NCBI GenBank assembly: GCA_965277285.1
Contig: OZ255721.1
Coordinates: 1,216,001 to 1,280,000, forward strand
DNA from: Abditibacteriaceae bacterium
Lineage (GTDB): Bacteria > Armatimonadota > Abditibacteriia > Abditibacteriales > Abditibacteriaceae
DNA: 64,000 nucleotides
Direction: 5' to 3'
The notes beneath the pieces were generated by a model. That model worked only from the letters and a program-made list of their open reading frames with translations, was not told the origin of the DNA and made no database searches. Positions 1-9,400 of the stretch are shown piece after piece. Numbering within the stretch: position 1 is the first letter of the stretch; each line of letters begins with the position of its first letter. A program made the position numbers and the translations under genes.

Positions 1-232
1 TTTGGCCTACAAAACATGGTGAACGCGCGGATATTTCCATCCACACGCCGCCATTTAACATGGTGCGCGTGTCAAATTTCATAGAAATCAACACGCGACT
101 TCGTGCTCGCTCGCTGACTATCGCTCTTTATTGATTCTTTCGCAACCACGTTGTGGGCTTCGACGACTTCTCAAGAGTTCCAAGTTTTCACGTTTCTCTT
201 CTGGCAGAAGCTTAACCCAGCGAACTCGTTGA

Positions 233-320
233 TAACGAACCCGAAGCGTCAGCGATGGACTTAATCTGAAGGCATAAAAATCTATCACTTAAGCCCATCG
301 CTGACGCTTCGGGTTCGTTA
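233..320. repeat. REP-like inverted repeat, family A (AACCCGAAGCGTCAGCGA...TCGCTGACGCTTCGGGTT)
   Basis: 32-bp arms 233-264 and 289-320 are near-perfect reverse complements; the same arm recurs at 9241, 18036, 27068, 35750, 38366 and 55278. Confidence 0.9.
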
Positions 321-346
321 TTTGCGTCACTTTCCATCTTTTATCT

Positions 347-1150
347 TTACGCGCCGCAAGCCGCTTCTAAAACTTCGACCGCGCGATTGTGGCGCATTTC
401 GTAAACCGTTGTGCCGTCGCCTTCGTAATAGCGGCCGCGCGTCACAATTTCCATTTTGCCGTCGCCATTCAAGTCCCACACGCCCGCGATGGTGAAAACA
501 TCGGGCGCGTTGAAATCCTTACTTTTGGTGAAGTATTCTTCGTCCAACATTTGTGTGATGACTTTGCCACCGATGACTTTGCGCAAAAACAATATCGAGT
601 ACTCATTCGCCAGCGAACGTGAACTGACGCTGCCTGGCTGACCATCGTAACCTTTGTGATTGGTCGCGCTAATCAAAACTTCCTGGCTGCCATCACCTTC
701 GAGATCGACGCGCAAAATCTGCGTGATTTGGACGTTCGGTTTGAGGCCGTGCTTTTTCAAAATTGCGGCGACGACGTCCCGATAAACCGGTGAATTATTG
801 GAAAGCGTTTGTGGCAGGCGCGGCACAGCATTCCAGTTTTCACTGATGGCAATCGTGCCTTTCTTCGGAAGAATATCGACGAACAACGTGTCAGGACACG
901 GCGCGCCTTGCGACGCAGGTTTGTCACCGATTGCAGTACTCGATAAGCGGTTCGCATCGTAAAGACGATACGTTTCTTTGCCTTTCATTTGCACGGCGGC
1001 GCTTTTCGCATCCAGCCATTGATGACCGACGCTACCGCCCAGCAAGTAACCGGATTCGACATCGACAATTGGATGAACTGGCGCCGCAAATCCCGTACTC
1101 GAAAGCACGCCCATCAACGACAAAATCAAAACCGTCTTTTTTGATGTCAT
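347..1150 (-). CDS. Secreted hypothetical protein with two FG-GAP-like Ca-binding loops
   Basis: ATG at 1150 after a GGAGAA RBS; signal peptide MTSKKTVLILSLMGVLSSTGFAA; motifs DLEGDGSQE and DLNGDGKME. Confidence 0.75.
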   Translation of the reverse strand: MTSKKTVLILSLMGVLSSTGFAAPVHPIVDVESGYLLGGSVGHQWLDAKSAAVQMKGKETYRLYDANRLSSTAIGDKPASQGAPCPDTLFVDILPKKGTIAISENWNAVPRLPQTLSNNSPVYRDVVAAILKKHGLKPNVQITQILRVDLEGDGSQEVLISATNHKGYDGQPGSVSSRSLANEYSILFLRKVIGGKVITQMLDEEYFTKSKDFNAPDVFTIAGVWDLNGDGKMEIVTRGRYYEGDGTTVYEMRHNRAVEVLEAACGA

Positions 1151-1235
1151 CAAAGTTCTCCGTTTCAAGAATGAAACCACCAAGGCATCCGCCCAGAGGG
1201 CACCCGACACCAAGAGGCTTCAACCGCAGAAAAAG

Positions 1236-1307
1236 AGTTTGTCATTCTGAGCACAGCGAAGAATCTAACTGAACATAGATTCTTCGTTTCGCTCAGAATG
1301 ACAAACT
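1236..1307. repeat. REP-like inverted repeat, family B (GTTTGTCATTCTGAGCGCAGCGAAGAATCT...AGATTCTTCG..GCTCAGAATGACAAAC)
   Basis: Inverted arms visible; copies also at 10348, 14224 and, split by the IS, 63003/63874. Confidence 0.9.
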
Positions 1308-1394
1308 TTCACTTTTAAGGCATGTCGCGGACTTTTAAAATTGATTCTCACAACGATTCAACAATCCCTTTTCTTTGTGTCTTTGTGGTTCAAA

Positions 1395-4055
1395 TCACGC
1401 CTTCAACTGCTCCTGCAAAATCTCTTTCGCCTGCGCCAAAGCCGCATCAATTTTCGCCGCGTCTTTGCCGCCGGCTTGCGCGAAATCGGATTTGCCGCCG
1501 CCGCCGCCGCCCGTTGTCGTCGCCAGAACGCGAATCAGGTTTCCGGCGTGCGCGCCTTTGCTCACCGCGTCTTTGCCAGCTTTGACTGCCCACAAAACGC
1601 GTCCTTCGGTTTCGCCTGCCAGCGCCAAAGCCCACGAAGCACCTTTCGCCGCCAATTTATCGCTCAATTTGTCGGTCACTTCGCGCAAAGTGTTGGCGTT
1701 CAAACCTTCGGGAGCGCGCGCGGCAATTAAAGTTACGCCGCCGATTTCCTGCGCTTGATTTAACAAATCATCGAGCGAACTTGTGGCGAGTTTGGCTTGT
1801 GCGGCTTGCAGTTGCTTTTCCAATTCGCGGACGCGAAGGCGCAACTTTTCTGCGGCGCCGACGACGTTATCGGGCTGCGTTCCCAGTGCGTGCGCGGCTT
1901 CGAGTACTCGATTGGCTTGTTCGCGGTCATAATCCAGCGCGGCTTTTCCGGTCAGGGCTTCGATGCGACGCAAGTTCGAGCCGACGCCGCTTTCGTTAAT
2001 CAAGCGAAACAAACCGGCACTTGAAGTGTTCGGCAAATGCGTGCCGCCGCACAATTCCATCGAATAATCGCCCATGCGAACGGTGCGCACAACGTCGCCA
2101 TATTTTTCGCCGAACAACGCCATCGCACCTTCCGCGCGCGCTTCGGCAATTGGCATCTCGCGGATTTCGACTGGCAACGAAAGCAAAATCTCGCGGTTCA
2201 CATCGTCTTCGATTTGCCGCAGTTCGTCCGGCGAAATCGCGGAAAAATGCACGAAATCGAAACGCAATTTGTCTGGCGAAACCAGGCTTCCGCGCTGCTC
2301 GACGTGATTTCCCAAGCGATTGCGCAACGCCGCGTGCAGCAAGTGCGTGCTCGAATGCGCGCGCTCAATCGCACGACGCCGTTCGGCATCGACCTTTGCG
2401 GTGACAGTAGAACCTACCAGACCAAGCTGGAGTTTTATTTCGCCATCTACTACCTCTAACGCATGAATAAAGGTCTTTCCTTCCTTTTGTGTGTCAATGA
2501 CTTTTGCGACAAAGCCTTCGCCGTATATTTCACCTGTATCTCCAACCTGGCCGCCGCTCTCGGCATAAAAGGGACTTTCGATCAACGCTAACGCAAACCG
2601 GAACTTTCCATCCTCTGTAGGTAAGCGTTCTAACAAGCCTTGAATTTTGGCTTTGCATTCGAGTTGCTCATAACCGACAAAGCGTGTTTCAAAATCGCCG
2701 AAAGTACGCTTATCATATTCAAATATCTTGACGCGACTTTTGTCAGCGTGGCGTTCCTGCGCCGCATGATAACCGGCTTCGTCGATTTCCAAGCCGTTGT
2801 CCTGCGCCATTTCCTGCGTCAGCTCGCGCGGAAAACCATACGTTTCATAAAGGCGAAACACTTCTTCTCCATCGAGAACACTCTTGCCTTTTTTCTTCGC
2901 ATCGTCCAGCAAATCGTCCAAGCGATTCATGCCCGAACCAATCGTTTCGCCAAAGGCTTCTTCTTCGCGCTGTATCAAACCAGCAATCCGTTCGGCGCGT
3001 TCACGGACTTCGGGATAAACGTCGCCAAAGCCTTGCGAAACGGTTGGAACAAGACGATGCAAAAAAGGTTCGCGCAAATCGAGTTGGCGGCCCGTGAGAA
3101 AAGCGCGGCGGATGAAGCGGCGCATCATGTAATCGCGGCCATTGTTGCCCGGCACAATGCCGTCGCCCGCCAGAAAAATCGCGGCGCGAACGTGGTCGGC
3201 GATGATTTTCAACGGTTTCGTCGTCGGGTCTTGCGTGTCGAGCGGCAACGGGCTTGTCGAGTACTCGATTTGTCGACCGCGGCTCAAATCGTTAATCGCG
3301 TTGATGAGCGGCGCGAACAAATCGGTGTGATGAATTGTGTCGACGCCTTGCAGGACGGCGGCGGTGCGTTCCAAACCCATTCCGGTGTCGATGCCAGGCG
3401 CCGGAAGCAAGGGCAAAGAGCCGTCTTCCTGCTGATTGTATTGCTGAAAAACCAGGTTCCACAGTTCGCCGTAACGGTCGCCATCGCCGCCGGGACGATC
3501 CATTTCCGGGTCGCCGGTATCGTATTTGGCGCCACGGTCGAGGAAGATTTCCGAATCGGGACCGCACGGGCCACTTTTGCCGACCGGCCCCCACCAATTG
3601 TCTTTTTTGCCAAATCGTAAAATGCGCTCGTCGCTCAAGCCAACGTCATTTTTCCAAATGCGCGGCGCTTCTTCGTCTTCAAAATAAACGCTGACGTAAA
3701 GCAATTTGGGGTCGATGTTGAGCGTTTTGGTGAGAAATTCCCAGCCCCAAATAATCGCTTCGCGCTTGAAATAATCGCCGAAGGAAAAATTGCCCAGCAT
3801 TTCAAAAAACGAAGCGTGGCGCCATGTCACGCCGACTTGTTCGATGTCGTCGGCGCGGCAGCATTTCTGGCAGGACGCCAAACGTGTCGCAGGCGGCGTT
3901 TCTTCGCCCTTGAAATACGGCACGAGGGGCTGCATTCCGGCACTTGTCAGAAGCGTCGTTGGATCAGTCGGCACCAGGCTGGAACTGGGAACGATCAGCG
4001 AGTTTTTGGATTTGAAAAAGTCGAGGTAAGATTGGCGAAGTTCGTGTCCGGTCAT
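1395..4055 (-). CDS. alaS: Alanine--tRNA ligase
   Basis: DPTTLLTSAGMQP, FFEMLGNFSFGDYFK, IDTGMGLER, editing motifs HSSTHLLH and ELCGGTH, C-terminal GGGGGK..FAQAGG. Confidence 0.99.
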   Translation of the reverse strand: MTGHELRQSYLDFFKSKNSLIVPSSSLVPTDPTTLLTSAGMQPLVPYFKGEETPPATRLASCQKCCRADDIEQVGVTWRHASFFEMLGNFSFGDYFKREAIIWGWEFLTKTLNIDPKLLYVSVYFEDEEAPRIWKNDVGLSDERILRFGKKDNWWGPVGKSGPCGPDSEIFLDRGAKYDTGDPEMDRPGGDGDRYGELWNLVFQQYNQQEDGSLPLLPAPGIDTGMGLERTAAVLQGVDTIHHTDLFAPLINAINDLSRGRQIEYSTSPLPLDTQDPTTKPLKIIADHVRAAIFLAGDGIVPGNNGRDYMMRRFIRRAFLTGRQLDLREPFLHRLVPTVSQGFGDVYPEVRERAERIAGLIQREEEAFGETIGSGMNRLDDLLDDAKKKGKSVLDGEEVFRLYETYGFPRELTQEMAQDNGLEIDEAGYHAAQERHADKSRVKIFEYDKRTFGDFETRFVGYEQLECKAKIQGLLERLPTEDGKFRFALALIESPFYAESGGQVGDTGEIYGEGFVAKVIDTQKEGKTFIHALEVVDGEIKLQLGLVGSTVTAKVDAERRRAIERAHSSTHLLHAALRNRLGNHVEQRGSLVSPDKLRFDFVHFSAISPDELRQIEDDVNREILLSLPVEIREMPIAEARAEGAMALFGEKYGDVVRTVRMGDYSMELCGGTHLPNTSSAGLFRLINESGVGSNLRRIEALTGKAALDYDREQANRVLEAAHALGTQPDNVVGAAEKLRLRVRELEKQLQAAQAKLATSSLDDLLNQAQEIGGVTLIAARAPEGLNANTLREVTDKLSDKLAAKGASWALALAGETEGRVLWAVKAGKDAVSKGAHAGNLIRVLATTTGGGGGGKSDFAQAGGKDAAKIDAALAQAKEILQEQLKA

Positions 4056-4056
4056 A

Positions 4057-4097
4057 GAATTTTGGAGTTCTTAATTTTGAATTCTGAGTTTTGAGTT
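4057..4097. repeat. Degenerate heptamer tandem repeat (GAATTTT/GAGTTTT)
   Basis: agaattttggagttcttaattttgaattctgagttttgagtt just upstream of the alaS start. Confidence 0.55.
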
Positions 4098-4164
4098 AAG
4101 ACGTGGCAGTTTAACGAGTTCTCAGGCGCACTTCGAGTACTCGATATGGCTGCACACGATTGTT

Positions 4165-5070
4165 TTACGGCTTGAAGAATGGTGGAGACAAAACTTTGAG
4201 CGGAACGAAGTTTTCTTTTACGTACTGTCTGACACGCAAGCGGTTGCCTTTTTGCCATTTGTATTCGAGGTCGTTCTTGTTATACAAACGACGCACGATT
4301 TTGCCTTGGCGCGCATCGGCGATCCAAAGATATTGATGACCGCCGCCACCCGACAAACCCGCGACGTAATGGCCGTTTTGGCTCCATTCGTTTGAGTAAC
4401 CGTAATCCATTCCGATACCGTCTAACATCGTGTTTCCGCGCAACAGATAGCTCGCACCGGCGTCGCCTTCGGCGCCATCGTAAAACATCACGGCGCGTGG
4501 CATTTGCATATCGATCTTTTTGCCGCCGTTGGTCAGTTGCAATTCGGAAAGGCACAAATCGTTGTCGCCGCTGCCGTTTTTCAATCCGACGAACTCGATC
4601 ATCAAACTGTTAATTTTGTGGCGCGGCAGCGAAACGTTGTGAAATCCCATTCTGTCAGGCAACGAAAATGTGCGGACAATTTTGGCTTTGCCAGTTTCCA
4701 TCGTGACGCGGATTTGTGTGACGCGCTTGTTGCGCAGAAACCGCACGCGACTGGCATTTTGTCCGTTCATCAAGCGCAAGCCGTCGATAATGATTGGCTT
4801 GGTCGGTTTCAATTGAATGCCATAACGATTGTGAAACGGTTCAGAAAACTCTTTCGATTGCGCGCTGTAAACCCAAGCGGTTTGCGGGTCGTTGTCGAAC
4901 AAGAACGAGAGAGGAAAAGAAGGCGTGTAACTGTTCTTCGAGTACTCGATGCCGCCGGAAAGTTCTTCGCTGGATGAAATTGTCCAGGCCGGCCACCAAA
5001 CGCTGGACGGCGCCGCCAAAGCCGCCGAAGAAACCGCGATCAAGAACACAAACAAAGCGAGTGCGCGCAT
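4165..5070 (-). CDS. Secreted protein with N-terminal discoidin/galactose-binding-like domain
   Basis: Signal peptide; LFDNDPQTAWV ... LCLSEL pattern typical of F5/8-like jelly-roll domains. Confidence 0.7.
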   Translation of the reverse strand: MRALALFVFLIAVSSAALAAPSSVWWPAWTISSSEELSGGIEYSKNSYTPSFPLSFLFDNDPQTAWVYSAQSKEFSEPFHNRYGIQLKPTKPIIIDGLRLMNGQNASRVRFLRNKRVTQIRVTMETGKAKIVRTFSLPDRMGFHNVSLPRHKINSLMIEFVGLKNGSGDNDLCLSELQLTNGGKKIDMQMPRAVMFYDGAEGDAGASYLLRGNTMLDGIGMDYGYSNEWSQNGHYVAGLSGGGGHQYLWIADARQGKIVRRLYNKNDLEYKWQKGNRLRVRQYVKENFVPLKVLSPPFFKP

Positions 5071-5089
5071 CTTTTTTCTCTGTAACGGT

Positions 5090-6274
5090 TTATCGCTGTT
5101 TAGCGATGGCTTCTTCGGCTTGTTGCATAACGCGTTGTGTCACGTTGCCAACGGTTTGGTCTTGCGCTTTCATATCGCTTTCGGGCGGCGTTGCGGGAAT
5201 GGGTGCCGTCAACTGCGGAAAGATGTAAATCAAAATAACGCGCAGGCTGGCAAACAACGGGACCGCCAGCACCATGCCGGGAATACCGCCGACTTCAAAG
5301 CCCGAAAGCAAGGCGAAAATCACCATCAAAGGATGCAAACCGACGCCTTTGCCCAGCACGCGCGGCGACACGCCGTAGTCCATAATCAGGTTGAAGAGCA
5401 CACAGGAACCCAGCGCAAGTCCGGCGCATAAAATCTGGTTGGGCGAATGCGCCGTGAAGTAAGCCGTGATGGTGGCGGCGGCGGCAATCGACATCATCCC
5501 GACATAAGGAATGATGTAGACCAGGCAAGCCATCAAGCCCAAAATTAACGGATAACCCATGCCGTAGCGCCACGACAATATCTCGAAGGCAACCGTGCAA
5601 CAAACGCCAAAGGTCGTGCAGACAATCATTTGTCCGCGTACATAACGTCCCAGAACTTCGTTGATTTTCTGGCCGATTTCCGTCACGTCGCGGCGATAAG
5701 CGGGCGGTACCAGCATCATAACGCGTGCGCGCATCGGGTTCATTTCCATCATCATCGTGAACGTGATAACGGGCAGCAAAATCGACAACACCAGCAGCGT
5801 ACCGACCGAGCCAAGAGCCGTCGCGGCGAAGTTTTTCACGGCATCGGGCGCCGCGCCCAGCACGTTTTTCTGCAACTGCGGCATGAAGTCAATGACTGAT
5901 TTTTTCACATTCGACGGCATCGGCAAGGCTTCAAAACGCCCTTGCAAACGTTGCGCGGTTTGAATCGCCTGCTTTTGATAAAGGCTCGCGTTGCTGACCA
6001 GCATTTGAACTTGCTGCCACGCCGTCGCCAACAACGCAATCAGGATAACCAGAAGCAAGACAAAGACGAGAAAAATAAAGCCGACCGCGCGCCCCCGCGA
6101 ATAACCGCGTTTTTCCAAGCGTTGCAAGATCGGCTCGAAAGCATACGCCAGCAGGCCGCCGACAATGAAAATCGGCAGCGTGTTGCGCACCGCAAACAGC
6201 AAATAGGCGCCGATGAGGAACATCAATCCGTATCCGACGTAGCGCAACAATGTGGCATCAAGCGATTTATTCAT
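5090..6274 (-). CDS. AI-2E family (PerM-like) transporter
   Basis: Multi-TM; LGRYVRGQ, IPYVG, PRVLGKGVGLHP, GIPGMVLAVP motifs. Confidence 0.93.
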   Translation of the reverse strand: MNKSLDATLLRYVGYGLMFLIGAYLLFAVRNTLPIFIVGGLLAYAFEPILQRLEKRGYSRGRAVGFIFLVFVLLLVILIALLATAWQQVQMLVSNASLYQKQAIQTAQRLQGRFEALPMPSNVKKSVIDFMPQLQKNVLGAAPDAVKNFAATALGSVGTLLVLSILLPVITFTMMMEMNPMRARVMMLVPPAYRRDVTEIGQKINEVLGRYVRGQMIVCTTFGVCCTVAFEILSWRYGMGYPLILGLMACLVYIIPYVGMMSIAAAATITAYFTAHSPNQILCAGLALGSCVLFNLIMDYGVSPRVLGKGVGLHPLMVIFALLSGFEVGGIPGMVLAVPLFASLRVILIYIFPQLTAPIPATPPESDMKAQDQTVGNVTQRVMQQAEEAIAKQR

Positions 6275-6328
6275 GGTCTTGGTTTACGCCAAATACGTAG
6301 GATTAACGACTTTCGAGTTCGTTGGGTT

Positions 6329-7171
6329 TTAGTTCACAGCCGGATTCGTCGCACTTGTGTTTTCCTGCGTTGCCTGCAACAACGAATCACTTGTCCATTG
6401 TGGCAACATAGGCTTGACCGACGGATCGTTTTGCGCTTGCAAAGCAGGAATTTCGCCCAACTCCTTTTGCACCGCCGCGACGCGCTTGGCGCCTTCGGGA
6501 TGATCGGCGAACCAGCGGTCGAGTTGATTGGACGATTGGTCTTCTTTCGACAATTTGTCGAGCAGAGTTTCCATTCCGTGCGGATCGAAACCGGCGCGCA
6601 CCATGCGCTTGACGCCCAGATTATCGGCTTCGAGTTCTTCGCCGCGCGCATATTTCTGTCCGACTGCCAAATCCGCCAAGCCCAGAACTTGCTGCCCCAA
6701 GTCCGGCAAACCAACGGCCATCGAAAAAATGCCCAGAATCGCGCCGCGCGTCGCCGATTTTTTATATTGTTTCGCCAAGTGATGCTGCTCGGCGTGCGTG
6801 ATTTCGTGCGCCAACACAGCGGCCAGTTCGTCGTCAGTTTGCGCGACTTTCCTTAAACCTGTGTAAACGTAAACGTAGCCGCCGGGCAAGGCGAAGGCAT
6901 TGATTTCCGGGCTGTCAATAACGCGAAACGAATACTTCCACTCGGGATTGGAGACTTTGGCCAAACGCTGCCCGATAATGTTCACCCAATCGGCGACTGG
7001 CCCGTGAACGATGCGCACCTGCGATTCGATTTGCCGCGCCGCATCGGCGCCCAGTTTCGCTTCTTCCTTGGGGCTAATCGAAAACAAACCGGCGCGCGCC
7101 GGATGAACGCCCGCGCTGCAAACGACAAAACCCAGCACCAAAACTCGCCAACTTGTCGATTTCGTTTTCAT
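6329..7171 (-). CDS. M48 family zinc metallopeptidase, secreted
   Basis: INAFALPGG, ELAAVLAHEITH, ELEAD, HP motifs. Confidence 0.95.
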   Translation of the reverse strand: MKTKSTSWRVLVLGFVVCSAGVHPARAGLFSISPKEEAKLGADAARQIESQVRIVHGPVADWVNIIGQRLAKVSNPEWKYSFRVIDSPEINAFALPGGYVYVYTGLRKVAQTDDELAAVLAHEITHAEQHHLAKQYKKSATRGAILGIFSMAVGLPDLGQQVLGLADLAVGQKYARGEELEADNLGVKRMVRAGFDPHGMETLLDKLSKEDQSSNQLDRWFADHPEGAKRVAAVQKELGEIPALQAQNDPSVKPMLPQWTSDSLLQATQENTSATNPAVN

Positions 7172-7218
7172 CGCATCTCACCTTTTTATTCCACATTCGC
7201 CTTCAGTAAGAATAACGC

Positions 7219-7254
7219 AAGCGCCGCGAAGAAAGGGCGTTCTTCGCGGCGCTT
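7219..7254. terminator. GC-rich hairpin abutting a palindrome copy
   Basis: aagcgccgcgaagaa-agggcg-ttcttcgcggcgctt downstream of the 7292-8401 gene. Confidence 0.5.
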
Positions 7255-7291
7255 CGAGTACTCGATATTGGCTTCGAGTTTAACTTGTTGC

Positions 7292-8401
7292 TTATGACAG
7301 GTTTGACAGGTTGCGCGCCGTTGTCGTCGAGTTTGTCGCTTTCACTGGCGTGGCCGAAACGCTGTTCAATTGCATCCCGAAAGTGCCGTCAAAGCCCTGC
7401 GTCGAGTTCCAAGCGTGCGTGGCGCCCTGCGCGTCCGGTTTCGTGAGGCCGCTCAAAGTGCTCGTTGCAGAAATCTTCAAAGCGGCGCGCGCGATTCGTC
7501 CGGCGTTGGCGTCGAACCAGAGATCGCCGCTCAGGGTTTTGCTGTCGCTAACGATTTGCATGGTGCCTTTGCTGGCGTCGCGCTTGGGTTTGGCAGCGTT
7601 CAAAATCGCGGCTTTGGCGGCGTCGATGACATACGTTCCGTTCAGCGTGATGTGCTGCAAAGTGACGCCGCCGACAGTTTCCTGGCCGATCAATTTAAAA
7701 TTGGTCGAACCCAGATCGAGCATTCCGCCAGGCGCATTAGCCACCGGAATCTTGGAATTAACAGACCACGTATCACCGGCTTGAAGGTCGCGGTTGGGCC
7801 ACACATCGGGCATCGCGTCCAGCCATTTTTGCATCATTCCCGCGCCACCTCCCGCGACTTTGACGATTTGCGGCGCATTGCGAGTACTCGATACCGCGCT
7901 TTTAGCTGTCGCGCTGCTCGGAATCATAATTACGCCCTGAATGCGTCCCAAACGCGACAAATTCACGGCATATTTTGGATCGACCAGAAACGGCAAAGGA
8001 AAAGTTTTCGGCGGCGAACCATTCAAGCTGAAGGTGCCGACACCATTATTTTCGTTAATAACGGCGTTCATGCCAAACGCCGAACCGGTGAGATTGGCGA
8101 CAGGAACACGCGTGCGAACTGTCGCGCCGCCGTTGCTGTTGGTCGTCAAAGTATCGAAAGCGACCTGTCCGCTGCCCGAAACCGGAACCGCGAGCGGCAT
8201 TCCAGCCCACGGTACGGGCGTCTGATCGCTGGCGTTCAGGTTGACCGTGCCACCCAAAGTCACGTCGTAATTGGCGCTTTGTCCGGCCTGAAACTTTTGC
8301 TCCAGCACAACCGCGTGCGCCGGACGCATCGCGTTCAAAGACAAGGTTCCCGCCACGAACAAAGTCGCGCTCATCACACTTTTTTTCTGCATCCCAATCA
8401 T
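7292..8401 (-). CDS. Secreted hypothetical protein, beta-rich
   Basis: AGGAG RBS before ATG 8401; signal peptide ending AHA; P....GDTW and G.LWFD...G motifs. Confidence 0.75.
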   Translation of the reverse strand: MIGMQKKSVMSATLFVAGTLSLNAMRPAHAVVLEQKFQAGQSANYDVTLGGTVNLNASDQTPVPWAGMPLAVPVSGSGQVAFDTLTTNSNGGATVRTRVPVANLTGSAFGMNAVINENNGVGTFSLNGSPPKTFPLPFLVDPKYAVNLSRLGRIQGVIMIPSSATAKSAVSSTRNAPQIVKVAGGGAGMMQKWLDAMPDVWPNRDLQAGDTWSVNSKIPVANAPGGMLDLGSTNFKLIGQETVGGVTLQHITLNGTYVIDAAKAAILNAAKPKRDASKGTMQIVSDSKTLSGDLWFDANAGRIARAALKISATSTLSGLTKPDAQGATHAWNSTQGFDGTFGMQLNSVSATPVKATNSTTTARNLSNLS

Positions 8402-8450
8402 CCTGCAACTCCTTTTCGAGTACTCGAAAGTACTCGTTTTCGACTTCCGC

Positions 8451-9083
8451 TTATTCATCCCACAAATCGCCCGAAGGCTTGTCTTCGCTGTCATGCAATG
8501 CGCCATGCGCGTGGTGCGCTTCGCCGGAACGTTCCGCTGTTATTTTTTCGGACGGCGTGCGTCCGCTGCCGGAATGTGGCGAAGGCAAGCGCTGCGGGTT
8601 CATCACCATTTCGGTTCCCAACTGATAATATTCGGTGGCCGCGTGGCGCAACTCTTCGGCTGTCGAATATGGGAACGAATAGACTTCGACGCGCACGCCG
8701 CGCGCCTTGAGAAAGTTCACCAGATCCACAAAATCGCCGTCGCCTGAGACAATCGCCACGACATCCAAGCGGTCGCTCATCGCCAGAGCGTCAAGCGCCA
8801 AACCCATATCCCAATCACCTTTGGACGAACCGTCGGGGCGCGTTTTTAAGTCTTTGGAACGGATTTCGTAGCCGTTCGAGCGCAGCATCGCCAGAAAATT
8901 GCTTTGATCGATTTCCGGCGTTTGCACCACATAAGAAATCGCGCGCACCAGCGGCCTGTCGCGCGCGATGAAGTCGAGAAGACGCGCGAAGTTCAGCTTG
9001 GAGCCGTAAAGCTGGCGCGCCGCATAAAACATATTTTGCACGTCGATAAAAACGCCGACGCGCTGTTCAAAGGGAACGGTCAT
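8451..9083 (-). CDS. NYN domain (LabA/DUF88, PIN-fold) protein
   Basis: VFIDVQN, KGDWDMGLALD, VSGDGDF, GVRVEV motifs. Confidence 0.95.
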   Translation of the reverse strand: MTVPFEQRVGVFIDVQNMFYAARQLYGSKLNFARLLDFIARDRPLVRAISYVVQTPEIDQSNFLAMLRSNGYEIRSKDLKTRPDGSSKGDWDMGLALDALAMSDRLDVVAIVSGDGDFVDLVNFLKARGVRVEVYSFPYSTAEELRHAATEYYQLGTEMVMNPQRLPSPHSGSGRTPSEKITAERSGEAHHAHGALHDSEDKPSGDLWDE

Positions 9084-9240
9084 AAATCGAAACCTTGGTT
9101 GAATATCTTTGGATGAAGGACGCTCCAAATTCGTCCGCCAAGCTCTCTGCAGAAATGGCGCCGCCGACAGACGCCACCATTCAATTCCGGTTCAGACACT
9201 TCCATTTTATCACGCGCGTAATGGCTCAGATAACCAATCG

Positions 9241-9332
9241 TATAACGAACCTGGAGCGTGAGCGACGGGCTGAACTTAGAGTTTTATCAGACTTGCACGG
9301 AAGCCCGTCGCTCACGCTCCAGGTTCGTTATA
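9241..9332. repeat. REP-like inverted repeat, family A
   Basis: tataacgaacctggagcgtgagcgacgggct ... agcccgtcgctcacgctccaggttcgttata. Confidence 0.9.
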
Positions 9333-9400
9333 CGGTGCGCCTCATTGATTCGCTACTCCATGCGCCGCTTTGCTGCCGTGTTCGCTACACTCTTTGGCGC

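Noticed and set aside
1..232. Possible gene fragment at the window start
   Set aside because: No ORF of 60 aa or more and no recognisable motif; it cannot be called without the upstream sequence.
7370..8710. 446-aa plus-strand ORF (likewise 11501-12739 minus, 2640-3620 plus, 40951-41928 plus)
   Set aside because: These are antisense to genes with clear motifs or signal peptides, as expected from codon bias in GC-rich DNA.
8451..9083. NYN protein as part of a defence or toxin-antitoxin system
   Set aside because: It is a stand-alone LabA/DUF88-type gene with no partner or defence-island context visible.
9095..9400. N-terminal extension of the ABC-2 permease ORF (and similar extensions at 27863, 54145, 8506)
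   Set aside because: The extensions run through REP elements or neighbouring genes; downstream ATGs match the family start or an RBS.
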